Assembly (NCBI GenBank): GCA_964545575.1
Contig: CAZJFL010000004.1
Span: forward strand, 9,512 to 73,511
Direction: 5' to 3'
Source: an uncultured Planctomycetales bacterium
Lineage (GTDB): Bacteria > Omnitrophota > Gorgyraeia > Gygaellales > Profunditerraquicolaceae
Length of the DNA stretch: 64,000 nt
In this document: positions 11,171 to 23,808 of the stretch, one piece after another
Layout of the letters: each line of letters begins with the position of its first letter
Position numbering within the stretch: position 1 is the stretch's first letter
Notes under the pieces: model-generated
What the model saw: only the letters and a program-made list of their open reading frames with translations
The model's database searches: none
Told to the model about the DNA's origin: nothing
Position numbers and translations under genes: made by a program

Positions 11171-11967
11171 GAATTGGTTAAAATGACGCTCATATAAAAA
11201 TAAAATGCCGGGCCGACAAAAAGCAAACTATCCACCACATCCAGCACCCCGCCTAAACCGGGAAAGATATCCCCGGTATCCTTTATTTCGCAGTCGCGCT
11301 TCATCAGCGATTCGGAAAGGTCACCTAGCTGGCCGAGGGCGCCGAAGGAAATGCCTATAAATAACAGGTGCAGATAAGATAAATCTACCAGCGGCTTACT
11401 GGCTAAGGCGGCGAGGATGCTGAAAATTAAGCCTCCCACAGCCCCTTCTACGGATTTCTTGGGGCTGATGCGCGGCATCAGCGGAGTCTTTCCGAAACGG
11501 CTGCCGACGAGATATGCCCCGATATCCCCGAGTTTCACCGTCAAAAGCACCATAGCGAATAACCCTAATCCTTGCGGCAAGTATCTTATCTTGATAAAGA
11601 AACTTAAAAACCAAGAGATATATAAAACCCCGAAGACTGTGGTTGAAATACCGATGATCGCCCCGGAATTTGATCGGCGCCGAAATTGCATAATGGTCAC
11701 AAACAGCATCGCCAGCAGCGCAAAAAATAATTCCCAGCTCCTGGTAAGCTCAAAGCGCAAAGATATCGAAAGCGGGATGATCGCCCCCATGCCGATACCG
11801 ACGTATTTATAGATATTTATCCCTTTATGCTCTAACATGGTGAAAAACTCGTAAAGCCCGGTAATAATAAAAGCGGTTATCACCAAGGCGCAGAGCCAGT
11901 CGATAAAAGTGGCTAGGGTAATAAAAATAATGAGCAAGGCTGAACTAATTATCCTTTTGGCCAACAT
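11167..11967 (-). CDS. cdsA: Phosphatidate cytidylyltransferase
   Basis: ISPKKSVEG, GDLSESLMKR..IKD, hydrophobic; between uppS and dxr. Confidence 0.95.
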   Translation of the reverse strand: MLAKRIISSALLIIFITLATFIDWLCALVITAFIITGLYEFFTMLEHKGINIYKYVGIGMGAIIPLSISLRFELTRSWELFFALLAMLFVTIMQFRRRSNSGAIIGISTTVFGVLYISWFLSFFIKIRYLPQGLGLFAMVLLTVKLGDIGAYLVGSRFGKTPLMPRISPKKSVEGAVGGLIFSILAALASKPLVDLSYLHLLFIGISFGALGQLGDLSESLMKRDCEIKDTGDIFPGLGGVLDVVDSLLFVGPAFYFYMSVILTNS

Positions 11968-12676
11968 TTACCCTCCCGAACCTACGCTCTCTTTCTTGAT
12001 AAATCTTAACCGCTTTTTTTAGGTCTCCACTCTTGAAATCCGGCCAGTAAATCTTGGGGAAATACAATTCGGCGTAAGAAAGCTGCCAGAGCAAAAAATT
12101 GCTCAGCCGCATTTCTCCGCTAGTGCGGATCAGGAGGTCCGGATCTGGCAGGCCCGCGGTATAGAGATAATTGTTAAAAAGCTCGGTATCTAAATCCTCT
12201 ATTTTAATTTCACCCCTGGCAGCCGCCCGGGCAAACTTAACTGCCGCATCCGCTATCTCCTGCCGGGAGCCGTAATTTAAAGCTAAAACCACGGTCAGGC
12301 CGTTGTTATTTTTGGTTTGCCTTTGCGCTTCTTGAATCTTAGCTTGCAGAAACTTCGGTAAAGGCTCATCCTTTCCGATCACTAACAAGCGTATATTATT
12401 CTTATGCAGTTCACTGACCTCGTTCTCCAGCACGCTAGCCAGATAACGCATCAGCATATTCACTTCCTGCTTGGGGCGAGACCAGTTTTCCGTGGAAAAA
12501 GCAAAAAAGGTGATCACCTCCACCCCTAACTCGGCTGCTGTTTTTATAGCTTCTTTGACGCGCTTAAAGCCTTCCCGATGGCCGGCAGTGCGCGCAAGCC
12601 TTCTCTCTTTTGCCCAGCGGCCGTTACCATCCATAATTATCGCGACATGCCTAGGAATACTTTTTTTATCAACCAT
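11945..12676 (-). CDS. uppS: Undecaprenyl diphosphate synthase
   Basis: HVAIIMDGNGRWA, FSTENW, IRTSGEMRLSNFLLWQ. Confidence 0.97.
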   Translation of the reverse strand: MVDKKSIPRHVAIIMDGNGRWAKERRLARTAGHREGFKRVKEAIKTAAELGVEVITFFAFSTENWSRPKQEVNMLMRYLASVLENEVSELHKNNIRLLVIGKDEPLPKFLQAKIQEAQRQTKNNNGLTVVLALNYGSRQEIADAAVKFARAAARGEIKIEDLDTELFNNYLYTAGLPDPDLLIRTSGEMRLSNFLLWQLSYAELYFPKIYWPDFKSGDLKKAVKIYQERERRFGRVNVGQKDN

Positions 12677-12689
12677 CTAAACTTGGAAT

Positions 12690-12862
12690 ATAAAACCCTA
12701 AACACTAAACTCTTCCCGCACCAAATTATGAAAATATAGCGGGATCCCGCTATAGCGGGAAAATCCTAAACAAATACTAATTTCTAAATTCTAAACTGGT
12801 CGGTTTGGAACATTTGGATTTAGGATTTTGGATTTGTTTAGAGTTTAGGATTTCGGATTTTA
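12690..12862. repeat. Intergenic degenerate heptamer arrays in inverted orientation with embedded overlapping palindromes
   Basis: aatcctaaa/atttctaaattctaaa face tttggatttaggattttggatttg..tttaggatttcggatttt; perfect palindromes tatagcgggatcccgctata (12735-12754) and tcccgctatagcggga (12745-12760). Confidence 0.75.
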
Positions 12863-12872
12863 AAAAACTATT

Positions 12873-14450
12873 CTACTGATGTACTCTGTAATCTATATCC
12901 GGGAAGATATTGTCTTTACATTCTATGTCCGAGAGCCAATGTTCGTCTACGGAATTGGCTTTAATCTCTTCATATAGCCGCGTAAATCGAAGCAGGTGTT
13001 CTTTGGTGCGGCGGACAGCGTAGGTAGTATGCGTGCCGGTGCCCATAATGAATGCCCAATCAGAGCTCTGTGCCAGAAGCAACTCCCTTAATGCCTGATT
13101 CAGCGCCCGCCTTAAGAGGCCGTCGGCATTGCCGAAGCTGCCTGCCAGCTCGGTCATCCTTTCGGAGGCCGCGTGCAGGTGCCGGTAAATCCAGTCATTG
13201 GGCCCCTGCAGCCACATTTCATTATACCCTTTCCAGCCCCAGCTGGACATTGAAGGCGTAATTACCTGATTGCGCGGGTTTTCTATCAGGTACTCCGACG
13301 GCGTAATCAGGCGTATGGTATCCTGGTCAGAGACTATTTTGCGGATTAGAAAATCCAGCCACATCGGGCCTTCATACCACCAGTGGCCGTATAATTCGGC
13401 ATCGTAAGGAGAAACCAGAAGCGGTTTTTTATCCAGAAGATCAAAAAGGTATTCTGTTTGTTTCTGGCGGTTGAACATAAAATTACCGGCGTGCTCCGCA
13501 GCCTTCTCCTTTGCCCATTGCCAAACATACGGCTCCTTCTGATTTCCGGGCCCGGTAATGCGGTAATATTTTATCCCGGTGTTTATCCTTACTCCGTCGG
13601 GATGAATATAGGGCTTGATATAATCGTATTCCAGGTCAAAACCTATGTCGCGGTAAAACTCGCGGTAATGGTAATCTCCGGGATAGCCTTCGATGGAAGA
13701 CCAGACCTGTTTTGAGGATTCTAGGTCCCTGCCGAAACAGGCGACGCCGGACTTACAATACACCGGAGCAAATACCCCGTATTTCGGGCGGGGGCTGCCA
13801 TGCAAGACTCCGTGAGAATCAGTAAAAAAATATTTTATCCCGGCTTCTTTTATTATCTCGTCGTATCCGGGATGATAACCGCACTCAGGCAGCCAGATCC
13901 CTATAGGCCTCCTGCCGAATGTCTTCTCATAATGGCTTACTGCAACTTTAACCTGGGCCTTGATAGAAGGGCGCGTCACCTCCATTAAAGGAAAATACCC
14001 GTGCGTCGCCCCGCAGGTGATTATTTCCAGGTTCCCCGCATCCTGAAAGGCCTTGAAGGCACCAACGAGATTGCGGTTATAGCGCTGGAAGACGTTTCTA
14101 GCCTCATAGAAGTGGCCTAAATACATGTTCGCCAGATGCCCAAACTCCGGCTGCCAGCGCGTCCTTTCCGTTTCTTTGTGCGCCAGCTCAATCAATTTAT
14201 TGATATGCTTTAAATACCTCTCCTGCAGCAGCCCGTCTTGCAACATAGAAATCAGCGTGGGCGTCAGCGACATGGTGATACGAAAATCTACCCGGTCATT
14301 CAGCAGCCCCTCAAAGACCTGGATCAGCGGGATGTAAGTCTCGGTGATCGCCTCATAAAGCCAGTCTTCCTCTAGGAAGTCCTCGTGCTCCGGGTGGCGC
14401 ACATAGGGAAGGTGGCTGTGCAAGACTATGCAAAGGTAACCCTTATTCAT
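12873..14450 (-). CDS. GH57 1,4-alpha-glucan branching enzyme (DUF1957 C-terminus)
   Basis: LHSHLPYV, EAITETYIPL, GIWLPECGY, YDAELYGHWWYEG, QSSDWAF. Confidence 0.92.
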   Translation of the reverse strand: MNKGYLCIVLHSHLPYVRHPEHEDFLEEDWLYEAITETYIPLIQVFEGLLNDRVDFRITMSLTPTLISMLQDGLLQERYLKHINKLIELAHKETERTRWQPEFGHLANMYLGHFYEARNVFQRYNRNLVGAFKAFQDAGNLEIITCGATHGYFPLMEVTRPSIKAQVKVAVSHYEKTFGRRPIGIWLPECGYHPGYDEIIKEAGIKYFFTDSHGVLHGSPRPKYGVFAPVYCKSGVACFGRDLESSKQVWSSIEGYPGDYHYREFYRDIGFDLEYDYIKPYIHPDGVRINTGIKYYRITGPGNQKEPYVWQWAKEKAAEHAGNFMFNRQKQTEYLFDLLDKKPLLVSPYDAELYGHWWYEGPMWLDFLIRKIVSDQDTIRLITPSEYLIENPRNQVITPSMSSWGWKGYNEMWLQGPNDWIYRHLHAASERMTELAGSFGNADGLLRRALNQALRELLLAQSSDWAFIMGTGTHTTYAVRRTKEHLLRFTRLYEEIKANSVDEHWLSDIECKDNIFPDIDYRVHQ

Positions 14451-14451
14451 A

Positions 14452-15426
14452 TTATTTTGTCTCTCTGTTGACTATCGGCGTAATCGCCCTTTTATCCTCG
14501 CCGTCAGAAGATACTGCTTCTACCGGAATGACCTGCTTGCCGTCGGGTAAAGCAAAACGCAAGGTAAAAGTCCCGTCCGGCCGAAGCTTAACCTCTCTGC
14601 CCTGAACAGTAACTTTTGCGTCGGCTTCAGTCGCGCCGTAAAGGATCAGTTCGGTATTTACTACCAGCCAGAAGCTTTTCTCTTTAACAGCTTTCTTTAC
14701 CGGACTCGCCATAGAAGCAATGCCGGAAGAAATAAATTCTCTTTTAATCTTCTGCTGCCAGCCTTTGCCGACGGGCGAACTCCTGCCCAGGCCCACCCCC
14801 ATCCCGTAAAGCCGGGCAAACATATCGTCGGGGATCATCCACTCCTCGTCAGTAATCCAGGAGGGGCCTTCGAGCGGGGTATGTACCACGTTAGAACGTA
14901 GTATGGTAATGAACCTGCCGCCGGGAAGTAATAACCCTAAATCCACGCACCATGACCTTCCCGGGCCGGCGGTATCGATATACCAGCTGTTAGCTTCTTC
15001 GTTGATCTGGATATCAAAAAAGCGGTGTGCGTTTTTGCCGTTAAAGATAATCTGGCTGACATCATAAACGCGCAGCACCCTCTTGGCTTTGTAAAAATCG
15101 TCTTTGAGTTCATGCCTTAACTTCTCTAGGGTTTCCGGCCTTATCTCCCAGTAAGCGTGTATCCACCAGGGATCGCGCACCTGCAGTATAATCTTATCTT
15201 TGCCGTATTGGTAAGGCAGCTCTTCAGGCATCATCCTGCGCACATGGGCAATCCCGGGATGGGAAAACTTTGCCTGCTGTATGGAAATCTCCTGTACGCC
15301 GGGTATCTCTTCTTTTACTTTCTTGGGAGCAGCCTTTATCTGTTTTTTTCTTGCGGTCGTCTTTCTCGCTAAGATTTTCTCTCCGGTCCTCTTTACTGCT
15401 TTCTTGTTTCTTGTTTTAGCGGCCAT
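14452..15426 (-). CDS. DUF4912 domain protein with basic N-terminus
   Basis: LPYQYGKDKIILQVRDPWWIHAYWE, RSNVVHTP, FWLVVNTELILYGATE; AGGAGG upstream of ATG 15426. Confidence 0.85.
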   Translation of the reverse strand: MAAKTRNKKAVKRTGEKILARKTTARKKQIKAAPKKVKEEIPGVQEISIQQAKFSHPGIAHVRRMMPEELPYQYGKDKIILQVRDPWWIHAYWEIRPETLEKLRHELKDDFYKAKRVLRVYDVSQIIFNGKNAHRFFDIQINEEANSWYIDTAGPGRSWCVDLGLLLPGGRFITILRSNVVHTPLEGPSWITDEEWMIPDDMFARLYGMGVGLGRSSPVGKGWQQKIKREFISSGIASMASPVKKAVKEKSFWLVVNTELILYGATEADAKVTVQGREVKLRPDGTFTLRFALPDGKQVIPVEAVSSDGEDKRAITPIVNRETK

Positions 15427-15450
15427 AAATCCCACCTCCTCAATGAGCAC

Positions 15451-15618
15451 ATAAGTTACGGAGCGAAGCGACGTAACTTATAAGTGCGAATTGACCCCGC
15501 CCTTTCTTAATCTATCGGCTATTTATTTTAGAAAGGGCGGGGTAAGTTCAGCCAACAGACTTACGTTCATTTCCTGCCTGCCGGCAGGCAGGCATTCCGT
15601 AAGTCTGGGCTTCACTTA
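15451..15618. repeat. Cluster of three intergenic hairpins, the last carrying the 20-bp palindrome
   Basis: ataagttacg/cgtaacttat (15451-15481), accccgccctttct/agaaagggcggggt (15494-15543), cagacttacg/cgtaagtctg within 15543-15618. Confidence 0.85.
15573..15592. repeat. 20-bp palindrome CCTGCCTGCCGGCAGGCAGG (intergenic copy)
   Basis: Exact perfect palindrome; followed by CAT on + strand. Confidence 0.97.
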
Positions 15619-15620
15619 AT

Positions 15621-15647
15621 AAAAAAGGGGATCTCCATCCCCTTTTT
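15621..15647. terminator. Likely bidirectional intrinsic terminator
   Basis: aaaaaaggggat-ctcc-atccccttttt: GC stem with A/T runs on both sides, downstream of the 15678-16067 gene. Confidence 0.7.
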
Positions 15648-15677
15648 AGAACAGAAATGTTCTCTTATGCTTACCCC

Positions 15678-16067
15678 CTACCTCATCTTTGATTTGGCGG
15701 ATTTGGCAGCTGCCAGAGCGTCTTTTAATTCTTCCTCGAGCTTTTCTTTAAGCTTGGTGACTTTATCCAAGTCATCCTTGAGGCTCTGGTTGATCAGCTG
15801 CTCCTGCTGCAATGCCTTTTTAGTATTCTCGTGCGCTGCCTTCTCTGTGTTCAATTCGTCGTTTAAACCCTTTAATTTATTATCGTTGGTAGTCTTCTCC
15901 TGCAAGAGCTTATTCATTTTATCTTCTAACTCAAACCTGGCAGCCGTTTCTTTATCTTTTGCCTTACCGTATTTATAGGCGTCGCCGCAAGAGCGCATGG
16001 CAATCAGAAAGAAAATCAGAGACATTATCCCCAGTATCGGAACAGCCCTATTTTTGATGCCCTCCAT
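15678..16067 (-). CDS. Membrane-anchored coiled-coil hypothetical protein
   Basis: N-terminal hydrophobic helix followed by a K/E/L/Q heptad-rich region; operonic with the OmpA/MotB gene. Confidence 0.75.
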   Translation of the reverse strand: MEGIKNRAVPILGIMSLIFFLIAMRSCGDAYKYGKAKDKETAARFELEDKMNKLLQEKTTNDNKLKGLNDELNTEKAAHENTKKALQQEQLINQSLKDDLDKVTKLKEKLEEELKDALAAAKSAKSKMR

Positions 16068-16081
16068 GGCCGCCTTCTCTT

Positions 16082-16735
16082 TTACTTAATCTTTTCTTTC
16101 GCCTCTGGCAAAGCCGGCTCTCTGCTACTTTGAGTTTCTTTTACTTTGCTGATCTGAGGCAAAATTACAATCTCTACCCTACGATTCAGCTGCCGGCCGT
16201 TTTTCGTATCGTTAGAGGCAACCGGCTGATATTCGCCGTAGCCGATTGCGGATAAGCGATCAGGAGAGATACCTTCATTGCCGATAAGATAATGCAGGAC
16301 GCTTAAGGCGCGCGCAGTAGATAGCTCCCAGTTTGATTTCCATCCCGAATGCTGAATAGGCACATTATCGGTATGCCCTTCTATTCCGACTTTTAATTCC
16401 GGCACATTTTCTTTTAAGACGCGCGCTACTTTATTCAGCATTTCGTATGCCTCCGGACGGATCTTGGCTTTTCCCGAATCGAATAAAACGTCTCCCACAA
16501 AAGTAATTACCAAGCCCTTTTCCATCATCTCTAACCTTACCTGCTTATCCTGGATCTCCTGAGAGAGCCTGTCTTCTAGCAGCTTCTTGGTACGGGCAAG
16601 CTCATCCAGCTGTCCGGATAAATCTTCTATCTTTTCTAGATCGGAACGTCTGCCTTTTTGGAAAATGACGGTGCAACCGGCGAGAAAAATGCCGATTAAG
16701 GCTACTAGGGCTATCTTCAATAGATTATTCTTCAT
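16082..16735 (-). CDS. OmpA/MotB-family peptidoglycan-binding lipoprotein
   Basis: Lipobox LAGC; LFDSGKA, EGHTDN, NWELSTARA, GYGEYQP, NRRVEI. Confidence 0.9.
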   Translation of the reverse strand: MKNNLLKIALVALIGIFLAGCTVIFQKGRRSDLEKIEDLSGQLDELARTKKLLEDRLSQEIQDKQVRLEMMEKGLVITFVGDVLFDSGKAKIRPEAYEMLNKVARVLKENVPELKVGIEGHTDNVPIQHSGWKSNWELSTARALSVLHYLIGNEGISPDRLSAIGYGEYQPVASNDTKNGRQLNRRVEIVILPQISKVKETQSSREPALPEAKEKIK

Positions 16736-16786
16736 GATTTTTCCTCCTTATTTAGCGGGAATTTAACTATAACACAATCAATAAGT

Positions 16787-19298
<2,512 letters not shown>

Positions 19299-19301
19299 TG
19301 G

Positions 19302-21044
19302 TTATCTCCTCTTATTTATTATTCCCCTTAATTCTTCTTTGCAGGGCTCGCCCGACGAACTGAATATTTCCTGATTATCCAAAAGATAAGTCGGGCCGAA
19401 CATAACCCCTAACTCCTTGTTTAATTTTACGTTCTCCCTTAAAAGATTTTTTCCTTCTTCGCCCCTGGCGCAGCTCTTGATTAGCTGTGCATCGAAACCC
19501 TCCAGGCAATCCTCCCACCAGGAAGTATCAAGGTTTCTCGTCCTGCAGGTAATATAATTCCAGAAATTTCCCGGATAATGTTTCTGCACGCAGAGGGAAC
19601 GCAAATACTCCTCGACTTCCAGTTTTCCTGCCTTGGCATCGAAATTATCCTGCTCTCCTACCGCCAGAAAATGTATTACCGGATTGAACTCTCTGGCTGC
19701 CTCCAGGACGCTTGCGGCATTCTTATCGTAGAGGCTAATAAATAAATCCAAGCTTCCCTTAAGCATTTTCCTTCCCAGAAAGTAAGAGATACCGCCGATC
19801 TCCGGCTTCAATAGATAAAAATCGCCCTTTTTCTCTAAGCCGTCTTTGAGGCCGGCAAACCCTTTTTGAGTTTCTGCCTCTTTGCTTAAAAAATATGCCG
19901 GTAGCCCCGTAATCTTATAATCTTTAATCAGCTTATCGGCTTTTGCATCGGGATAATATAAATAAGTAGCCCTGATGCCGGGAAAACTCTTTTTTAAAAA
20001 AGCAACGACCTTCTCGGTCTCACAAGCCCTGCAGGCCTTCGGGGTAATAATTAAAAGCGATATTTCCTGCGGTTTACTGAAGGCGCAGCTAGCGTCTAGA
20101 GTGCCGGGGTTTTTACAGGCGCCGATAAAACCGCTTTTTTTGCAATTGGCGTCGGAAAAACAATTCGGCAATACCGCAAGGACCGCCGGATCATCCGGAA
20201 TATCTTGAGAAAGACGCATCTCGTTCACTTCGTAATTGGTGATTTTATCTCCTTCCAGCGTCAAAACCGCCACGCCGAGCCTGCGCCCCTGCCAACCGGG
20301 CTTCATGATTAAAGTAGGGCCTGCCCGGTCAAAATAATCTCCCCGGGTATGCGAGCGGCCCAGAATCAGGATATCAATACCGCTAACCTCTTTAATTAAT
20401 TCCCGGCTCTCCTTCTCTTCCAGGTTGCTCAAGAGGATGATCACCGCCACTGCCTGTTTCTTCAATTCCCCCACTGCCTCTGCTACGGAAACTTTCGGGT
20501 CGCTCGCTTTTAGATCCCCGGATTTCTGCGCGGCTAAGGAAGAAGTTACGCCGATGATGCCTATTTTTATTCCGGCTAATTCTTTGATCAGATAGGGTTT
20601 AAACGCTGCGATATTAGCAGAGAGAAAAGGCAATTTTACCTTCTCTGCCATGCCGGATAAAAACTCTTTGCCGAAGTTAAGCTCATCATCCGAAACAGCT
20701 ACGGCATCATAGCGCATTAATTCCATTGCTTTGAGGTTTACCTCTGTGCGCTGCCGGTCGAGTTCTGTGTTCTGGGTATACTCATCGGTGACGCCGCCGG
20801 CAAAAAATCTGCCCGCGTCTAAAAGGAGCGTATCGGGGTTTTTCTTCCTGAGTTGCCTGATTAAAGTTGCCCGGCGCGCAACTCCTCCGTCGCGCTCAAC
20901 AGGACAGCTGCAGGGATAAAGCATGGCATGGGTATCGCCGGTATAGATAATAGTGATCTCCTTGGCATAGCAAGGGCTAATGACAAATAACAAAGCACAA
21001 ATGACAAATGCAATCCAAATAACAAATCCCAATTTGATCATCAC
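19302..21044 (-). CDS. Secreted UshA/5'-nucleotidase-like metallophosphoesterase with Cys-rich thioredoxin-like C-terminal region
   Basis: Signal peptide; YTGDTH, PCSC..GGVARR, LDAG, LSAN; C-terminal CxxC (CRAC) and many Cys. Confidence 0.7.
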   Translation of the reverse strand: MMIKLGFVIWIAFVICALLFVISPCYAKEITIIYTGDTHAMLYPCSCPVERDGGVARRATLIRQLRKKNPDTLLLDAGRFFAGGVTDEYTQNTELDRQRTEVNLKAMELMRYDAVAVSDDELNFGKEFLSGMAEKVKLPFLSANIAAFKPYLIKELAGIKIGIIGVTSSLAAQKSGDLKASDPKVSVAEAVGELKKQAVAVIILLSNLEEKESRELIKEVSGIDILILGRSHTRGDYFDRAGPTLIMKPGWQGRRLGVAVLTLEGDKITNYEVNEMRLSQDIPDDPAVLAVLPNCFSDANCKKSGFIGACKNPGTLDASCAFSKPQEISLLIITPKACRACETEKVVAFLKKSFPGIRATYLYYPDAKADKLIKDYKITGLPAYFLSKEAETQKGFAGLKDGLEKKGDFYLLKPEIGGISYFLGRKMLKGSLDLFISLYDKNAASVLEAAREFNPVIHFLAVGEQDNFDAKAGKLEVEEYLRSLCVQKHYPGNFWNYITCRTRNLDTSWWEDCLEGFDAQLIKSCARGEEGKNLLRENVKLNKELGVMFGPTYLLDNQEIFSSSGEPCKEELRGIINKRR

Positions 21045-22627
21045 AGTCTTATCACCTTCACCGCTAATATATTCTCTGTTTTTCTTATCTTATCCAGGAC
21101 CTCGGCTGACACAGGGCTGTCTACGTTAAGCACTGAAACAGCCTTGCCTCCTGAATTTTGCCGTCCAAAATTCATGAAAGCTATATTGATATTATGTTTG
21201 CCTAAAAGCGTGCCTAAATTGCCGATTACGCCCGGCCTGTCCCAATTCTGGATTACCAGCATCTCTCCTTTAGGGGGCGCTTCTACATAATACTCGTCGA
21301 TTTTGACAATGCGCGGCTGTTTGTTGGCCGATAAGGTACCGGCGACTGTCCGGGACTCTTTATCCGTGCGTATCTCCAGCTGCACGAAAGTAACAAACTC
21401 AAGCTCTTTTGAGGACTTTACCTCTTTGATATTTATACCTCTTTCTTTTGCCAGGGACACGGCGTTGATAAAATTAACCGTCTCTTTTAAAATCGGCGTC
21501 AGCACCCCCTTGACTAAGCTCATCGAGAGAGGCGTTAAATCATATTTGATCAGCTCTCCGCTATAGGTAATATTCAATTCCTGGAATCTGCCTTCCACCA
21601 GCTGGCTAGAGAACCCCCCTAGTTTGTCTGCTAAATTAATGTAGGGATCTAGCATCTTGCAAACCTCGGCTTCAAGGCAGGGGTAATTGGCGGCATTGCG
21701 GATGCCGCGGCCCAGGAGCGCATCGCGTACAATTTCCGCCACTTCAATAGCCACATTTACCTGCGCCTCTTCGGTAGATGCGCCCAAATGCGGCGTAGTG
21801 ATAATATTATCTAAATTTAGAAGCTCGCTCTCTGAGGGTATGGGTTCTTTTTCAAAAACATCTATTGCGGCACCCGCGACCTGCCCCTCCTTAACCGCAT
21901 TGATTAAGGCCTGCTCGTCGATGATCCCGCCCCTGGCGCAGTTAATCAGGCGCACGCCTTTCTTCATCATGGCAATCTGTTCAGCCGAAATAAGGTGCTG
22001 GGTATCGTCGGTAAGCGGGGTATGCACGGTGATATAATCGGACTCCTGAAATACTTCTTTTAACTCCGCCATCTCCACTCCCACGTTTTCGGCAACTTCG
22101 CGCGATAAAAACGGGTCGTAAGCCAAAATCTTCATTCCGAAGGAAAGCGCTCGTTTGGCTACCTCTTTTCCTATCCTGCCTAACCCGATTATGCCCAGTG
22201 TCTTACCGTAAACTTCCACTCCCATGAATTTGGAACGCTTCCATTCCCCTTTTTTGCAAGAGGCATTTGCCTGGGCAATGTTGCGGGAAAGCGCCAGAAT
22301 CATACTCATGGTATGCTCTGCCGTAGAAATGGTGTTTCCGCCGGGGGTATTCATGACGATGATGCCTTTTTGCGTGGCTGCCCCCAAATCCACATTATCT
22401 AATCCGACGCCGGCGCGGCCGATGACTTTTAATTTTACTGCGGCATCAATTATGTCTTTATTGGCTTTAGTGGCGCTACGCACAATCAGGGCATCGTAAT
22501 CTTTAATCGCCTCTTTTAAGGCCTCCGGCTTAAGTTCGGTTTTGACGTCGACCTGAAACTCTTTTACCTCTTTTAAAATCTTTAAACCCTCTTCTGATAA
22601 CGGGTCGCTGACCAGTATCTTAATCAT
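21041..22627 (-). CDS. serA: D-3-phosphoglycerate dehydrogenase (with ASB and ACT domains)
   Basis: RAGVGLDNVD, GLGRIG, NCARGG, TPHLGAST, DRPGVIG ACT domain. Confidence 0.97.
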   Translation of the reverse strand: MIKILVSDPLSEEGLKILKEVKEFQVDVKTELKPEALKEAIKDYDALIVRSATKANKDIIDAAVKLKVIGRAGVGLDNVDLGAATQKGIIVMNTPGGNTISTAEHTMSMILALSRNIAQANASCKKGEWKRSKFMGVEVYGKTLGIIGLGRIGKEVAKRALSFGMKILAYDPFLSREVAENVGVEMAELKEVFQESDYITVHTPLTDDTQHLISAEQIAMMKKGVRLINCARGGIIDEQALINAVKEGQVAGAAIDVFEKEPIPSESELLNLDNIITTPHLGASTEEAQVNVAIEVAEIVRDALLGRGIRNAANYPCLEAEVCKMLDPYINLADKLGGFSSQLVEGRFQELNITYSGELIKYDLTPLSMSLVKGVLTPILKETVNFINAVSLAKERGINIKEVKSSKELEFVTFVQLEIRTDKESRTVAGTLSANKQPRIVKIDEYYVEAPPKGEMLVIQNWDRPGVIGNLGTLLGKHNINIAFMNFGRQNSGGKAVSVLNVDSPVSAEVLDKIRKTENILAVKVIRL

Positions 22628-22638
22628 CTAATCCTCCG

Positions 22639-23775
22639 TTATTTCAAAAATACTTCCTGCGCTGCTTTGACGCCCACGCCTAAGTCAAACTTATACCCCA
22701 TCTGATATAATACTTTTTCTAGACACGCAACCCCCACGATGATATCAAACTCTTCGATATAGCCCATATGGGCAATACGGAACACCTTCCCCTTTAATTC
22801 TGACTGGCCGCCGGCGATGGTGACGCCGTAGGTATCGCGCATAGTCTTGACCAGTTTTTCTCCGTCTATGCCAGCCGGGACTTTTACCGCAGTGACGACA
22901 TCCGAAGCGGCGGCAGGGGCAAACAACTCTAAGCCTAGCGCTTTCATTGCTAAGCGTGTGGCGTCCGCCATTTTTTTATGGCGGGCGAAAATCACTTCCA
23001 TACCATCCTGCCGCATCATCTTTAAACTTTCGGCTAAAGCGATGACTAAAGAGATTGCCGGAGTAAACGGGGTATCCGTACTCTGCAATGCCTTCCGGGC
23101 TGCCTTTAAATCAAAATAATACTTCGGGCATTTGGATTCACTGACCTTAAGCCAGGCTTTCTCGGACACGGAAATAAAGGCTAAACCCGGAGGAAGCATC
23201 AGGCCTTTCTGGGAACCGGAAACACAGACATCTATGCCCCAAGCATCGGTTAATAAAGGAATAGCCCCTAAGCCGCTGATGGCATCCACCACTAAAACTG
23301 CGGCCGAATCCTTGACCACTTTGCCTATTGCCTCTATATCGCAGGTGACGCCTGTGGATGTTTCGCAAAGCGTGGTAAAAACCGCTTTGATCTTGGGGTT
23401 TGCCTTTAATCTTTTCTCTATCTCTTGGGGGTCAACTGCCTTTCCCCATTCTACGTCGATGATTTCTGCGGCTATGCCGTAGCTTGCGCACAGATCAGTC
23501 CAGCGCTCTCCGAATTTTCCGCCCTGCACGGCTATAGCGGTATCGCCGGGAGATAATAAATTAACTACCGCTGCCTCCATCGCTCCTGTCCCTGAGGAAG
23601 CAAGGATAAAGACGTCGTTTTTTGTCTGAAATACATATTTTAACCCTTCGCTTACTTCTTTTAACACTGCCTGAAATTGCGGAGTGCGATGATGGATGAT
23701 CGGCCTTGCCTCTGCAGCGCAAACTTCAGGCGGTAAAGGCGTGGGCCCCGGCGTAAGCAGATATTTTTTTCGCAT
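22639..23775 (-). CDS. Class V PLP aminotransferase (AGT/serine-pyruvate type; probable phosphoserine aminotransferase role)
   Basis: LLTPGPT, SGTGAME, ETSTG, VDAIS, GSQKG, RIAHMG; adjacent to serA. Confidence 0.88.
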   Translation of the reverse strand: MRKKYLLTPGPTPLPPEVCAAEARPIIHHRTPQFQAVLKEVSEGLKYVFQTKNDVFILASSGTGAMEAAVVNLLSPGDTAIAVQGGKFGERWTDLCASYGIAAEIIDVEWGKAVDPQEIEKRLKANPKIKAVFTTLCETSTGVTCDIEAIGKVVKDSAAVLVVDAISGLGAIPLLTDAWGIDVCVSGSQKGLMLPPGLAFISVSEKAWLKVSESKCPKYYFDLKAARKALQSTDTPFTPAISLVIALAESLKMMRQDGMEVIFARHKKMADATRLAMKALGLELFAPAAASDVVTAVKVPAGIDGEKLVKTMRDTYGVTIAGGQSELKGKVFRIAHMGYIEEFDIIVGVACLEKVLYQMGYKFDLGVGVKAAQEVFLK

Positions 23776-23808
23776 AGCTGTATCCTTTCCGATAAAGGGG
23801 GTTAAGGT

